The notes beneath the pieces are model-generated. The model saw only the letters and a list, made by a program, of their open reading frames with translations, was not told where the DNA came from and ran no database searches. DNA of 64,000 bases. Origin: a virus. Below are positions 26,860 to 36,128 of the stretch, one piece after another. Position 1 is the first letter of the stretch. Every line of letters starts with the position of its first letter. The stretch is taken from positions 1 to 64,000 of IMG/VR virus record IMGVR_UViG_3300032245_000936, one strand, 5' to 3'. Both the position numbers and the translations under genes were made by a program.

Positions 26860-27915
26860 ATGACCAAGCGAATTTCGCGTCTTGTAATTGAGGTCGCTCA
26901 AGAAGTTCATGCTGAACTGAAAGAGAAATACGGCCTTACTGACAAGGAACTTGACAAACACAAGGCACGTATTAAAGCAAGCGGCTACAATTTCCCAATT
27001 GGGCTTGCTCTGTTAAAACTAGCCGACATTCATATTGACTATGAAGTGCAACGTGACGTTATTGTCAAGCACGTTCTAAACATCATCCGCAAGTTTGACC
27101 CACGCATTGTTGGTGCGGCATCTTGTGTGCGACTGCCTAAAAGTAAATTTCCTAATCGTTATTATGCGTATGATGGCCAACATCGTACCATTGCAATGGC
27201 GATCCTAGGCTTCACTGAAATCCCTGCATGTTATGTAGAAACAGAAGACGAGCGTTTTGCTAGCCATGCGTTTGAAATTCTCAATGACAGTGGTGTTAAG
27301 AAGATTGGCAAGCCAGACCTGCATCGCATTCGTTTAAATCTGTTTGCAAAAGGCAGTGAAGACAAAGCCAATATAGAGGCTCACAAACTACAAGAGCAAT
27401 TTGATGCACTAGGCATCGACTTGCAAGAAGCGGCAAAGCGCAACAACCCTGCACAATGTGGCAACAACAAGTACTGGTTCAGTCACTTTGATTATGCTTA
27501 CAAAGGTATCAAGCAAGATGCCAGTGGCAAGACACTGTACGAGATACTGAGTGCCATTAAGGCAGCTTGGCCCAATGAGGAAGAAATTGACCAAGGTGTG
27601 TTTATCGGTATGTGGCAGTTGAATAACTGGAGCAAAGAAATGTGCATTGACCAACCGGAAGGCTGGATGAAGTCAGTGCTCAAAGAAGTTGCCAAGACAT
27701 TTGGTAATAGCCACGTAGTACATGCAATGGCCAAGGCTCAGTGGGAACACGTAGTGGGTAACTGGAGTGCGCCCGATGGTGCGGCCAAGTTCATCCGCGA
27801 GATCTACAAACTGCACAAAGGCACAATCACTTTGCCTTTCAAAGGTTATGAGATTGGTATCGCTGACAAGAGCAATGTGTGCGATGCAGTTAAGCCTGCT
27901 GTGAAAGGACTGTAA
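26860..27915 (+). CDS. ParB/Srx-like DGQHR-motif protein
   Basis: IDYEVQR...YAYDGQHRT. Confidence 0.7.
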   Translation: MTKRISRLVIEVAQEVHAELKEKYGLTDKELDKHKARIKASGYNFPIGLALLKLADIHIDYEVQRDVIVKHVLNIIRKFDPRIVGAASCVRLPKSKFPNRYYAYDGQHRTIAMAILGFTEIPACYVETEDERFASHAFEILNDSGVKKIGKPDLHRIRLNLFAKGSEDKANIEAHKLQEQFDALGIDLQEAAKRNNPAQCGNNKYWFSHFDYAYKGIKQDASGKTLYEILSAIKAAWPNEEEIDQGVFIGMWQLNNWSKEMCIDQPEGWMKSVLKEVAKTFGNSHVVHAMAKAQWEHVVGNWSAPDGAAKFIREIYKLHKGTITLPFKGYEIGIADKSNVCDAVKPAVKGL

Positions 27916-28469
27916 TGAGCAACCTACAACAACTGGTAGAAAGCTTTAGTCCTGTTACATACAGTCGTGTGCAACGTGGCGACAAGGCTTATAAGGAAAC
28001 TTATGAGCTCACAGTAAGCGAACTGGATCGTTTGGTCAAGATGTACAAAGAGATTCAAACTGTAGGACAGACTGCACGTTTGATCCGTGACAGCATTGAT
28101 CACTGGATCCGTAGATATCACGGCTATGCAATCGAAGGTAGCATTGGTAGTCACTATACAGAAGTAGGCGTGGACAAGGCCAATTGTGTGTTTGAGCACG
28201 TTATTCCTGCCGCTAAAGTGCGCGATATGCTACTGCAAGGTATCTTGACTGTGAAGCAGGCTCTTAATACACCCACGTGTCTTATCAGCAAACGCAACGA
28301 CGATATCCTGCGTGAAGAAGGACATGTTAGTTCAAGTCCTGACTATTGGAACTTCTTCAAACGCTATGAAATGTTTGATGATGCAAAATTTGTAACCTAT
28401 AATGGCGAAGAGATTACCGATCCAAGTACATGGACACTTGGCAATCACTTTGAGAAGTTTGGAGTTTGA
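27915..28469 (+). CDS. Putative HNH-like nuclease
   Basis: FEHVIP...CLISKRND; TAATG-coupled to the DGQHR gene. Confidence 0.45.
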   Translation: MSNLQQLVESFSPVTYSRVQRGDKAYKETYELTVSELDRLVKMYKEIQTVGQTARLIRDSIDHWIRRYHGYAIEGSIGSHYTEVGVDKANCVFEHVIPAAKVRDMLLQGILTVKQALNTPTCLISKRNDDILREEGHVSSSPDYWNFFKRYEMFDDAKFVTYNGEEITDPSTWTLGNHFEKFGV

Positions 28470-28471
28470 TC

Positions 28472-28489
28472 TGTTGCACAAAAACTACA
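28472..28489. promoter_or_regulatory. 18-bp quasi-palindromic box, copy 2
   Basis: TGTTG-CACAAAAA-CTACA; reverse complement matches copy 1 at 16/18. Confidence 0.65.
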
Positions 28490-28513
28490 CAGAAAAAATA
28501 TCCAAAAAACAGT

Positions 28514-28542
28514 TTGACTGAATCTGCATGTTATACTATACT
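28514..28542 (+). promoter_or_regulatory. Sigma70-type promoter
   Basis: TTGACT-17bp-TATACT. Confidence 0.7.
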
Positions 28543-28576
28543 AACCCTGTAATCACAATTTTTTAAGGAGTCCTAA

Positions 28577-29689
28577 ATGGCATCAGCAACCGAATCCCGT
28601 ACAGTAACCGCAACCGGTGCTCGTAAAAGTATTTTAAAATGCTTTAATACCAAACGCCCAATCTTCCTTTGGGGTCCTCCTGGTATTGGCAAGAGTGAAC
28701 TCGTAGCAGGCATTACCGACGAACTTGGTGGACACATGATTGACCTGCGCCTAGGTCAAATGGAGCCCACAGACTTGCGTGGTATTCCGTTCTTCAACAA
28801 AGAAAAAGGTGTAATGGATTGGGCTCCTCCTATCGACTTGCCCGATGAAGAACTGGCTAGTCAGTATCCAGTGGTGGTGTTGTTCTTGGATGAAATGAAC
28901 AGTGCGGCACCTGCTGTGCAAGCGGCTGGTTATCAACTTATTTTGAACCGCCGTGTGGGTAAGTACCGCCTGCCAGACAATGTGGTAATTGTTGCCGCAG
29001 GTAACCGCGAAAGCGACAAGGGTGTTACATATCGTATGCCTAGCCCACTGGCTAACCGTTTTGTTCACTTGGAAATGCGTGTGGATCATTCTGCTTGGGA
29101 GACCTGGGCTACTATGAATGGTGTTCACAAAGACGTGGTTGGTTATATTGGCTTCTCTAAACAAGACTTGTTTGACTTCGACCCACGCTCTCCTAGCCGT
29201 GCATTTGCTACTCCACGTTCGTGGACTTTTGTAAGCGAACTGCTTGATGACAACATGGATGTGGCTACCCTTACTGACCTTGTGGCAGGTACTGTGGGTG
29301 AAGGCATTGCTATTAAGTTTATGGCACACCGCAAGATTGCAGGCAAGATGCCCAAGGCGTCAGAAGTGCTGAGTGGCAAGGTTACTACTTTGGATACCAA
29401 AGAAGTTTCTGCACAATACTCACTTGCAGTTAGCCTGTGCTATGAGCTCAAGGAAGAAATGACCAAAGCCACTGCGGAAAAGAAGATGGATGAATGGCAT
29501 CCCAAGGCAGATAACTTCCTGGCATTTATGATGAACAACTTTAACACAGAGTTGGTTGTTATGGGTGCTCGTACTGCACTTACTACATTCAACCTGCCGT
29601 TGATTCCTACCAAGCTCAAGAACTTCGACGAGTTCCACAAGAAGTTTGGTAAGTACATCCTGGCCGCAAGTGCCAAGGACAGCCGCTAA
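28577..29689 (+). CDS. MoxR-like AAA+ ATPase
   Basis: Walker A GPPGIGKS, Walker B LFLDE, AAGNR, LANRF, TPRSW. Confidence 0.9.
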   Translation: MASATESRTVTATGARKSILKCFNTKRPIFLWGPPGIGKSELVAGITDELGGHMIDLRLGQMEPTDLRGIPFFNKEKGVMDWAPPIDLPDEELASQYPVVVLFLDEMNSAAPAVQAAGYQLILNRRVGKYRLPDNVVIVAAGNRESDKGVTYRMPSPLANRFVHLEMRVDHSAWETWATMNGVHKDVVGYIGFSKQDLFDFDPRSPSRAFATPRSWTFVSELLDDNMDVATLTDLVAGTVGEGIAIKFMAHRKIAGKMPKASEVLSGKVTTLDTKEVSAQYSLAVSLCYELKEEMTKATAEKKMDEWHPKADNFLAFMMNNFNTELVVMGARTALTTFNLPLIPTKLKNFDEFHKKFGKYILAASAKDSR

Positions 29690-29696
29690 AACGGAC

Positions 29697-29734
29697 AGGG
29701 AGGGCTTGACCAAAAAGCTCTCCCTATGTATAAT
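29697..29734 (+). promoter_or_regulatory. Promoter overlapping an inverted repeat
   Basis: TTGACC(29706)-17bp-TATAAT(29729); AGGGAGGGCTT/AAGCTCTCCCT stem. Confidence 0.65.
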
Positions 29735-29759
29735 TACATAAAACTTCAAGGAGCATACA

Positions 29760-31046
29760 TTGTCTACTGCAACTACTACCGTAACTGAAAAACTCAAGCC
29801 CGCAGAACGCAAGCCTACTGACCCTAAAGTAGATGCCGTTGTGCGTGAAAAACTTATTACTGCCCGTGTTGCTCTGTTGCTCAAGGCCCCTTTCTTTGGC
29901 AACCTAGCCACTCGTATGAAGTTAATCAATGCCGATGACTGGTGCCCTACTGCGGCAACTGACGGACGTAACTTCTACTACAATACTGAATTTGTACAAA
30001 AACTTCCACCCAAGCAATTGGAGTTCTTGGTTGGACACGAAGTGCTACACGCTGTTTATGACCATATGGGTCGTAGAGGCGATCGTAATCCTAAAATCTT
30101 TAACATTGCAAACGACTATGCTGTTAACGCAGACTTGATTGACCAAAAGGTTGGCGAGCGCATTACTGTGGTTGGTATGCTGTATGAGCCAAAATATCGC
30201 GGCATGACTTCAGAAGCTATCTACGATGAGCTGATGAAGAATGTAAAAGAAGTCACACTAGATGAGTTGGCCAAGATGTTGTTGGACGAACACTTGGATG
30301 GCGACGGTGACGGTGACGGTGACGGAGATGGCGATGGCAACAAAAAAGGTGGCCGTCCTAAACTAAGCAAAGAAGAAAAAGATGCTATTCGCGACGAGAT
30401 TCGCGAAGCAGTACTCAATGCCGCTAATGCCGCAGGCGCAGGTAACTTGCCCGCAGGTGTCAAACGCATGATCAAAGACTTAACTGAAAGTGTGATTGAC
30501 TGGCGCTCGCTGTTGGAGCAACAGATTGAAAGCACTATCAAGAGCGACTTTAGCTGGATGAAGCCTAGCCGTAGAGGCTGGCACATGGATGCTATCATGC
30601 CAGGTATGTTACCAGGCACACAGATTGATGTGTGTATTGCTATTGACACTTCTGGTTCAATCAGTGAGAAAGACATCAGAGATTTCATGACAGAGATCAA
30701 AGGTATCATGGAAGCCTACGATGAATACAAGATTCATGTATGGAGTTTTGATACTGAGGTTTATAACCCGCAGGTGTTTACAAGTGAAAACCTTGAAGAC
30801 ATTGCCAGCTACGAACCCGATGGCGGTGGCGGTACTGACTTTATGGCCAATTACGAGTTTATGAAAGAAAACGATATTGTGCCCAAGAAGTTTATTATGT
30901 TTACCGACGGTATGCCGTTTGGTGAGTGGGGTATCGAAGAGTACTGTGACGTATGCTGGATTATCAAAGGTAACCCAGACGTTGAGCCTCCATTTGGTGT
31001 GTGGGCACATTACGAAGAAGCCGCACGTGGATCAAAAGGCAAGTAA
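29760..31046 (+). CDS. Metallopeptidase-like plus vWA domain protein (DUF2201-type)
   Basis: TAATDG, HEVLH (HExxH), MIDAS DTSGS, GGGTDF, FTDG. Confidence 0.88.
   Translation: MSTATTTVTEKLKPAERKPTDPKVDAVVREKLITARVALLLKAPFFGNLATRMKLINADDWCPTAATDGRNFYYNTEFVQKLPPKQLEFLVGHEVLHAVYDHMGRRGDRNPKIFNIANDYAVNADLIDQKVGERITVVGMLYEPKYRGMTSEAIYDELMKNVKEVTLDELAKMLLDEHLDGDGDGDGDGDGDGNKKGGRPKLSKEEKDAIRDEIREAVLNAANAAGAGNLPAGVKRMIKDLTESVIDWRSLLEQQIESTIKSDFSWMKPSRRGWHMDAIMPGMLPGTQIDVCIAIDTSGSISEKDIRDFMTEIKGIMEAYDEYKIHVWSFDTEVYNPQVFTSENLEDIASYEPDGGGGTDFMANYEFMKENDIVPKKFIMFTDGMPFGEWGIEEYCDVCWIIKGNPDVEPPFGVWAHYEEAARGSKGK
30298..30339 (+). repeat. Asp-Gly dipeptide repeat linker
   Basis: DGDGDGDGDGDGDG encoded by degenerate GAY-GGN hexamers. 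Confidence 0.8.
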
Positions 31047-31204
31047 TGAATAATGAAATGAAATGGGTGGCGTTGGCTTTTATGTTTATAATTGGTATTC
31101 CAATGGTAGGCCTAGCTCTTACCGAATACCAAAAAAGCCAATGCCGTATCGAAGCAATACGAGCTAACATGGAGCCTGAGAAGATTTCTCAAGTGTGCAA
31201 ATAA
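31046..31204 (+). CDS. Small membrane protein
   Basis: One TM, TAATG-coupled. Confidence 0.6.
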   Translation: MNNEMKWVALAFMFIIGIPMVGLALTEYQKSQCRIEAIRANMEPEKISQVCK

Positions 31205-31461
31205 TGAAGATACTGCATTTTTTACAATGGCAATGGCGTCAATTTGACGCTTGGCAAAAATGGTGGATGGTGGGCATGTTCTTTTTTGGCGCTGGCGTAG
31301 GCGCAAGCGATCCGTACCAACGTTATCTACTAGCGATACCGTTTTTGATAATAACGCTGTCTCTACTTAAATGGATACTCTGGGACGGCATCAAGCATCA
31401 ATGGGCACAGTTTAACCAAGAACAGCAAAAGATTGTAGACATCATGAAAGGTACAGAATAA
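31204..31461 (+). CDS. Small 2-TM Trp-rich membrane protein
   Basis: Coupled ORF. Confidence 0.6.
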   Translation: MKILHFLQWQWRQFDAWQKWWMVGMFFFGAGVGASDPYQRYLLAIPFLIITLSLLKWILWDGIKHQWAQFNQEQQKIVDIMKGTE

Positions 31462-31463
31462 GC

Positions 31464-31634
31464 ATGATGGCCTGGGAGTATAAAATTTTGCCTATTGTGC
31501 AACAAGATCGTTCAGAATTAAACGAGTTTGTTGAACAATCGCTGGTGCTAGATGCCATGGGCATGGCCGGTTGGGAATTGATTACTATCTATAAAGAATG
31601 TTTTATTTTCAAACGCCATGCTGAAGTTTCTTGA
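31464..31634 (+). CDS. DUF4177-like small protein (not in ORF track)
   Basis: 56 aa WEYK...GMAGWELI...FKR. Confidence 0.65.
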   Translation: MMAWEYKILPIVQQDRSELNEFVEQSLVLDAMGMAGWELITIYKECFIFKRHAEVS

Positions 31635-31905
31635 AGTAAACCCATTGAACGTATTTGGACTGCGGCGCACAGAGCATTGTCCACCGCACTTCCAAGACAT
31701 CAAATTTGATCTACGTACCAGCGAGAAAGAACTTGCTGACTGGATCTACGAACACCTGCAGGGTCGTTTTTACATAGGCGATCACTATAGTCCAAAAGAG
31801 CAAGGTGGTTTGATCATGTGCAAAAAAGTGGCTTTTGAAATCCCTGCAGAACTCACATACTTTGCAATGTTTTTGGACACCATTAACAAGCCCTACTACG
31901 AATAG
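31618..31905 (+). CDS. Hypothetical protein
   Basis: 95 aa ORF. Confidence 0.65.
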   Translation: MLKFLEVNPLNVFGLRRTEHCPPHFQDIKFDLRTSEKELADWIYEHLQGRFYIGDHYSPKEQGGLIMCKKVAFEIPAELTYFAMFLDTINKPYYE

Positions 31906-31970
31906 TCCAAGAAATTTTTTCCGTCCACAAATAGGTAGTAAATAAAACTGTCTATTATGGAGGATATCAA

Positions 31971-32243
31971 ATGTCTGAGGACACACAAGCACAATCCACA
32001 TCGCCAAATATCAGTATCGGCGATCTAGTACTCACTGCACAAATTGTTCAGTTGGGTGCATCACGTGGTATTTTTAAACCTGAAGAATTCGCACAAATAG
32101 GCGATTTTTATACTCGCCTGGTAGGCTTTTTAGAAGCCTCAGGTGCCGTCCAACGAGCACCTACACAAACCGAAGCCGCGGCCGAAGAGCCTGCCGCTCA
32201 ATCCAAGGAGAAAGCAAATGCTAAAACACGTCGGAAAGCATAA
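31971..32243 (+). CDS. Hypothetical protein
   Basis: GGAGG RBS, TAAATA upstream. Confidence 0.7.
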   Translation: MSEDTQAQSTSPNISIGDLVLTAQIVQLGASRGIFKPEEFAQIGDFYTRLVGFLEASGAVQRAPTQTEAAAEEPAAQSKEKANAKTRRKA

Positions 32244-32877
32244 CGACCGCAAGACTGTGGTATTGTACCGTCAGGTACCAAACGAGGATCATATGTGCTT
32301 GGTAGTATACAGTGATCTATTACCGCGTCTAGTGCATGACGATATCATGCGAGTACTAGAAAGCCCAAGTGGCCAAGCCGCGGAGAATCTTGCTGATGCA
32401 CTATTCCGTAACATTATGCCAGATGGTCGTAATACCTTGGAAGTGTTGCATCGGGAAAGTTTTATCAAGAAGGTTGCAACCAATCAGGTTATCATGACCC
32501 CAACTACCAAGAGCAATGTTCGCTTGGATGAACTGAACAGCATTCTAAACGAAATGTCTCAAGGTGAGCAAGCAATCAAACGATTAGCTGAGCTTGATGC
32601 AGATGCTGGTATGAGTGGTAAGACACGTCGAAACAACGACGTTAAAGAAGTTGGAGCACCACGTAACTCACGTTCTACTCCTGCTGTTGTTCCATCTGGT
32701 GAAGCATTGACTGACGAGCTACTGGCCGAACAACGTATCGACCAAGCTGAAAAAATGAAGTTGTCTGCACAGCAATTACTTGCTGAAGCAGAACGTCTAA
32801 TGGCTGAGGCTGCTAGTCTTAACCCTACTGTGAAAGTCAAGTCCAATGCCAAGAAAAAAGTCGTCAAAGCGAATTAA
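32218..32877 (+). CDS. Hypothetical phage protein
   Basis: AAGGAG RBS; MLKHVGK start. Confidence 0.75.
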   Translation: MLKHVGKHNDRKTVVLYRQVPNEDHMCLVVYSDLLPRLVHDDIMRVLESPSGQAAENLADALFRNIMPDGRNTLEVLHRESFIKKVATNQVIMTPTTKSNVRLDELNSILNEMSQGEQAIKRLAELDADAGMSGKTRRNNDVKEVGAPRNSRSTPAVVPSGEALTDELLAEQRIDQAEKMKLSAQQLLAEAERLMAEAASLNPTVKVKSNAKKKVVKAN

Positions 32878-33169
32878 CATTGATACTAGAGAGCGTTGGA
32901 AAAGTATTTTGAAAACTGTTAGCAAAGACGAAGTTCCTGTTGAATTGCTACAAACAGTAACCGTTAACCTAGTTGACGGAACAAGAGTTGATATTGACAT
33001 TATTCAATTACTAGCAGAAGGCCATGAACCAGACGATGTGAAGTATATGCTAAACACTCGTCTGGATAAATTAGATTCAATTATTAAAGATGTAGATTTT
33101 TACATCAACGTTGATTCTGTAGCCAAGACTGTCCAACCCGTCACTGACGAGATTCTCAAGCATTTATGA
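32846..33169 (+). CDS. Hypothetical protein
   Basis: 107 aa ORF. Confidence 0.7.
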   Translation: MPRKKSSKRINIDTRERWKSILKTVSKDEVPVELLQTVTVNLVDGTRVDIDIIQLLAEGHEPDDVKYMLNTRLDKLDSIIKDVDFYINVDSVAKTVQPVTDEILKHL

Positions 33170-33687
33170 TAGCCGCTATATTTTCAATAGACCAAGTCGG
33201 GGGAATGGGTACCAATGGTACCCTTCCTTGGGCACATCACCAAGAAGACATGACATGGTTCAAAGAACTAACAGAAGGTCATGTTGTTATTATGGGTCGC
33301 AAGACCTGGGATGATCCAAAAATGCCCAAACCTCTTCCTAACAGAATCAATTACATTATCACCACACGACCCAGGCAAATTACCAATGCGTTTACACTAG
33401 GGGACGATTGGTTATCGCAAATTCCTAAGATACAAGCAAGGCATCCAGGAAAAAAGATTTTTATAATCGGCGGTAGCAACGTACTAGAGTCCAGTAGATC
33501 CTTGATAGACTTTGCCTATGTTACACATCGTAAAGGCAATCATAGATGCGATGTTCGGTTGAATTGGAGTGATTATACCGTGGGGCTAAGAGCTCTAAGT
33601 GCTAGACCTAGCACAGATAAAGTGTTAAACTTTATGGTATACAGAGATATAGAAAGTGATATTCCATTACATGAAGGCTTACATTGA
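33166..33687 (+). CDS. folA: Dihydrofolate reductase
   Basis: GTLPW, VIMGRKTW, PLPNR, IIGG. Confidence 0.93.
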   Translation: MIAAIFSIDQVGGMGTNGTLPWAHHQEDMTWFKELTEGHVVIMGRKTWDDPKMPKPLPNRINYIITTRPRQITNAFTLGDDWLSQIPKIQARHPGKKIFIIGGSNVLESSRSLIDFAYVTHRKGNHRCDVRLNWSDYTVGLRALSARPSTDKVLNFMVYRDIESDIPLHEGLH

Positions 33688-34582
33688 TGCTCTCAAAACT
33701 ATACTATCAAACGGGGCCGAACGTAGCGACCGCACTGGCACTGGTACTATCAGTGTATTTGGTATGCAACAACGTTATAACCTGGGCGATGGATTTCCTG
33801 CTATAACTGAAAAGAAGTTAGCATGGCGAGCAGTTGTATCTGAGTTGCTGTGGTTCATTGAAGGTTCAGGGGACGAAAAGCGGCTGCGAGAGATATTACA
33901 TGGTAGCGCCGATTCTAGCAAGAAGACCATCTGGACTGACAATGCCACAGCATCATACTGGGCACCCAAGGCCAAGTACCCAGGTGACCTAGGTCGCGTA
34001 TACGGTGTGCAATGGCGCAAGTGGCGCACACCAGAAGTAGTAGAAGGTGGTAGCTTTACCAATGACTTTGGGCACTCATTCAGCCTAGAAGGTGGAGTTA
34101 CTATTAGGGAAGTTGATCAACTTATAGAACTGATCAACGGAATCAAAGCAGATCCGTACGGACGAAGACATATATTATCAGCATGGAACCCAGGCGAATT
34201 ATCAAGCATGGCGCTCCCACCGTGTCACTGCTTTGCCCAATTCTATGTTGCAGATGGCAAACTATCATGTCAGATGTATCAAAGAAGTTGCGACATGTTT
34301 CTTGGAGTCCCCTTTAACATCGCAAGCTACAGCCTGCTAACGGCCATGATAGCTCAAGTGTGCGGCCTTCGGGTCGGGGAGTTCGTTCACGTACTCGGCG
34401 ATGCACACATCTACTTGAATCATGTGGACCAGGTAAAAGAACTAATTTCACGTGAGCCATTACCTGCGCCAACTCTTTGGTTAAATCCTGATGTCATGGA
34501 TATCACCAAGTTTACCATGGATGATATTCAACTGGAAAACTACCAATGTCACGACGCCATTGCAGCCCCAATGGCCGTATGA
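33671..34582 (+). CDS. thyA: Thymidylate synthase
   Basis: DRTGTG, ELLWF, MALPPCH, YQRSCDMFLGVPFN, HIYLNH. Confidence 0.96.
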   Translation: MKAYIDALKTILSNGAERSDRTGTGTISVFGMQQRYNLGDGFPAITEKKLAWRAVVSELLWFIEGSGDEKRLREILHGSADSSKKTIWTDNATASYWAPKAKYPGDLGRVYGVQWRKWRTPEVVEGGSFTNDFGHSFSLEGGVTIREVDQLIELINGIKADPYGRRHILSAWNPGELSSMALPPCHCFAQFYVADGKLSCQMYQRSCDMFLGVPFNIASYSLLTAMIAQVCGLRVGEFVHVLGDAHIYLNHVDQVKELISREPLPAPTLWLNPDVMDITKFTMDDIQLENYQCHDAIAAPMAV

Positions 34583-34821
34583 TCTTATTCAAAGAACTGC
34601 GACTGGGTGACTGTGAAGATCCTCAGTTGTATGCCGCTGTTCCTATCATGGAATGGGAAAAGAGTGAGGAAGGTAACTGGGTTATGAATCACGCCACTGA
34701 TATCCCAGAATGGCGTATTACTACAGATCCAACAAGTTATGGATTCAAGGTTCAGATCTGGGGTAGCTTAAAAGAAGCAGACGAAATCATTTATCGTCTG
34801 AAGTTTGGATTCCAAAAGTAA
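34579..34821 (+). CDS. Hypothetical protein
   Basis: ATGA-coupled; last gene of the + arm. Confidence 0.65.
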   Translation: MILFKELRLGDCEDPQLYAAVPIMEWEKSEEGNWVMNHATDIPEWRITTDPTSYGFKVQIWGSLKEADEIIYRLKFGFQK

Positions 34822-35035
34822 TTTTATTCCATACACGCTCGTGTATGTAGTATGCAATAGTATTCACCACTATCTGCACTGCGGCAATGGTGCTGGCAAT
34901 AAACCAATTACCACTTATTAAAAAAGATATTACAAAGGTAAGCGAGGTGCCTAGTATACGCCAGCTGATTGTTTTAACAAGAGTACGTTTACGCAGTTCA
35001 CTCAAGGCCCATCTCTTTGCGAATTTTTGTAGCAC
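34787..35035 (-). CDS. DUF2061-like membrane protein
   Basis: KTISWR...YYIHERVW; true start possibly 35005. Confidence 0.75.
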   Translation of the reverse strand: MLQKFAKRWALSELRKRTLVKTISWRILGTSLTFVISFLISGNWFIASTIAAVQIVVNTIAYYIHERVWNKITFGIQTSDDK

Positions 35036-35789
35036 TGATGCTGGTTATTGTTTCGTCAAAGCTCTCTTGTTCTATTTTGTATCCAACATCTCTACCGTAG
35101 GTGATGTTTACAATGTTAGGTACTAGCATAACTGTAAACTGTCCTTGATACAGTGGCTCAAGATCTCGTTTGATTGCATTAACTACTTGAGCAAAAGTAA
35201 AAGGATTTGTGCCTTGCCAGCCTTGGCAATCACGTACTTGTATAATGACCTGACCAGTCTTGGCAATAGCACGTTCAAACAGCGCACGGTGCCCGGGATG
35301 CCATGGTTGCCAACGTCCTAGCATCTGCACAGTCTCTTTACGATTATCCCATTGGGGGCGGCGACGATTGTCAATAATATGATCTGCAATGAAGTCAGCC
35401 CAGATTTTAGCATCCTGTTTGTTTATGCGGAAATCGTAAATTTCTGGTTCAATGAACATCTTGTTAGTGTCGGCGTATCGACCTTCACTGATAGTATCCA
35501 TCCATACAGTCCAATCAGCTTTGAAGTTATTACGCATCTCTGCCAGTGGTGCTACAAAGTCACATAGTGCGTAGTCAGTGTTACAGGTAGCAGCCAACTC
35601 GTACATACGTTTACTTTGACGTATGCGACCAGCTTCGCTAAAATCCCAATCGTTAAATTGTTTGCGAACTTCGTCAGCATTAAACCATGTTACAGTTTTA
35701 CCACAATCCTCTAAGAGTTTTTTTAGTTCGTCTGCCTGAGTTGTTTTCCCGGAGCCAGGCAAGCCCATGATTAGAATACGCTGTGTCAT
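34998..35789 (-). CDS. cysC: Adenylylsulfate kinase-like domain fused to an HxGH nucleotidyltransferase domain
   Basis: MGLPGSGKT, NADEVR, DFSEAGR; then LGRWQPWHPGH and ISATKIR. Confidence 0.8.
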   Translation of the reverse strand: MTQRILIMGLPGSGKTTQADELKKLLEDCGKTVTWFNADEVRKQFNDWDFSEAGRIRQSKRMYELAATCNTDYALCDFVAPLAEMRNNFKADWTVWMDTISEGRYADTNKMFIEPEIYDFRINKQDAKIWADFIADHIIDNRRRPQWDNRKETVQMLGRWQPWHPGHRALFERAIAKTGQVIIQVRDCQGWQGTNPFTFAQVVNAIKRDLEPLYQGQFTVMLVPNIVNITYGRDVGYKIEQESFDETITSISATKIRKEMGLE

Positions 35790-35792
35790 GAT

Positions 35793-36119
35793 TTAAACCG
35801 CAAAACTTGATCCGCAACCGCATGTGGTTGATGCGTTGGGATTCTCAATGCTGAACGCGGCGCCCATGATATCGTCTTTGAAATCAATCGTGGCACCAGC
35901 AAGATATTGATAGCTCATGCTGTCTACTAGCACAGTTACCTTGTCTTTGACAATTTCAAAATCATCGTCTGCTGTGGGATTTTCTTCTAGGGTGAATCCG
36001 TAGCTGAATCCAGAACATCCACCACCTTGAACAAAAACACGTAGCCTGGCGTCTGTATTTTCTTCTAGCAGTATCTCGTGTATACGTTCTGCCGCACTGT
36101 CTGTTATTGTGATATCCAT
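35793..36119 (-). CDS. erpA: A-type Fe-S carrier (ErpA/IscA)
   Basis: [24 protein letters not shown]. Confidence 0.93.
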   Translation of the reverse strand: MDITITDSAAERIHEILLEENTDARLRVFVQGGGCSGFSYGFTLEENPTADDDFEIVKDKVTVLVDSMSYQYLAGATIDFKDDIMGAAFSIENPNASTTCGCGSSFAV

Positions 36120-36128
36120 ACTGTCTCC

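Noticed and set aside
30298-30339. GACGGT hexamer repeat as a contingency locus
   Set aside because: In-frame, degenerate, and encodes a typical acidic Gly linker between domains.
28751-30709. Long antisense ORFs (e.g. 28751-29329, 29420-29929, 30221-30709; similarly 58004-58540)
   Set aside because: They shadow well-supported genes on the opposite strand and have no motifs or RBS.
33671-34582. ThyA-fold gene as a dCMP hydroxymethylase supplying hmC for glycosylation
   Set aside because: It retains the dUMP-specifying Asn (GVPFN) and is paired with DHFR, so it is a canonical ThyA.
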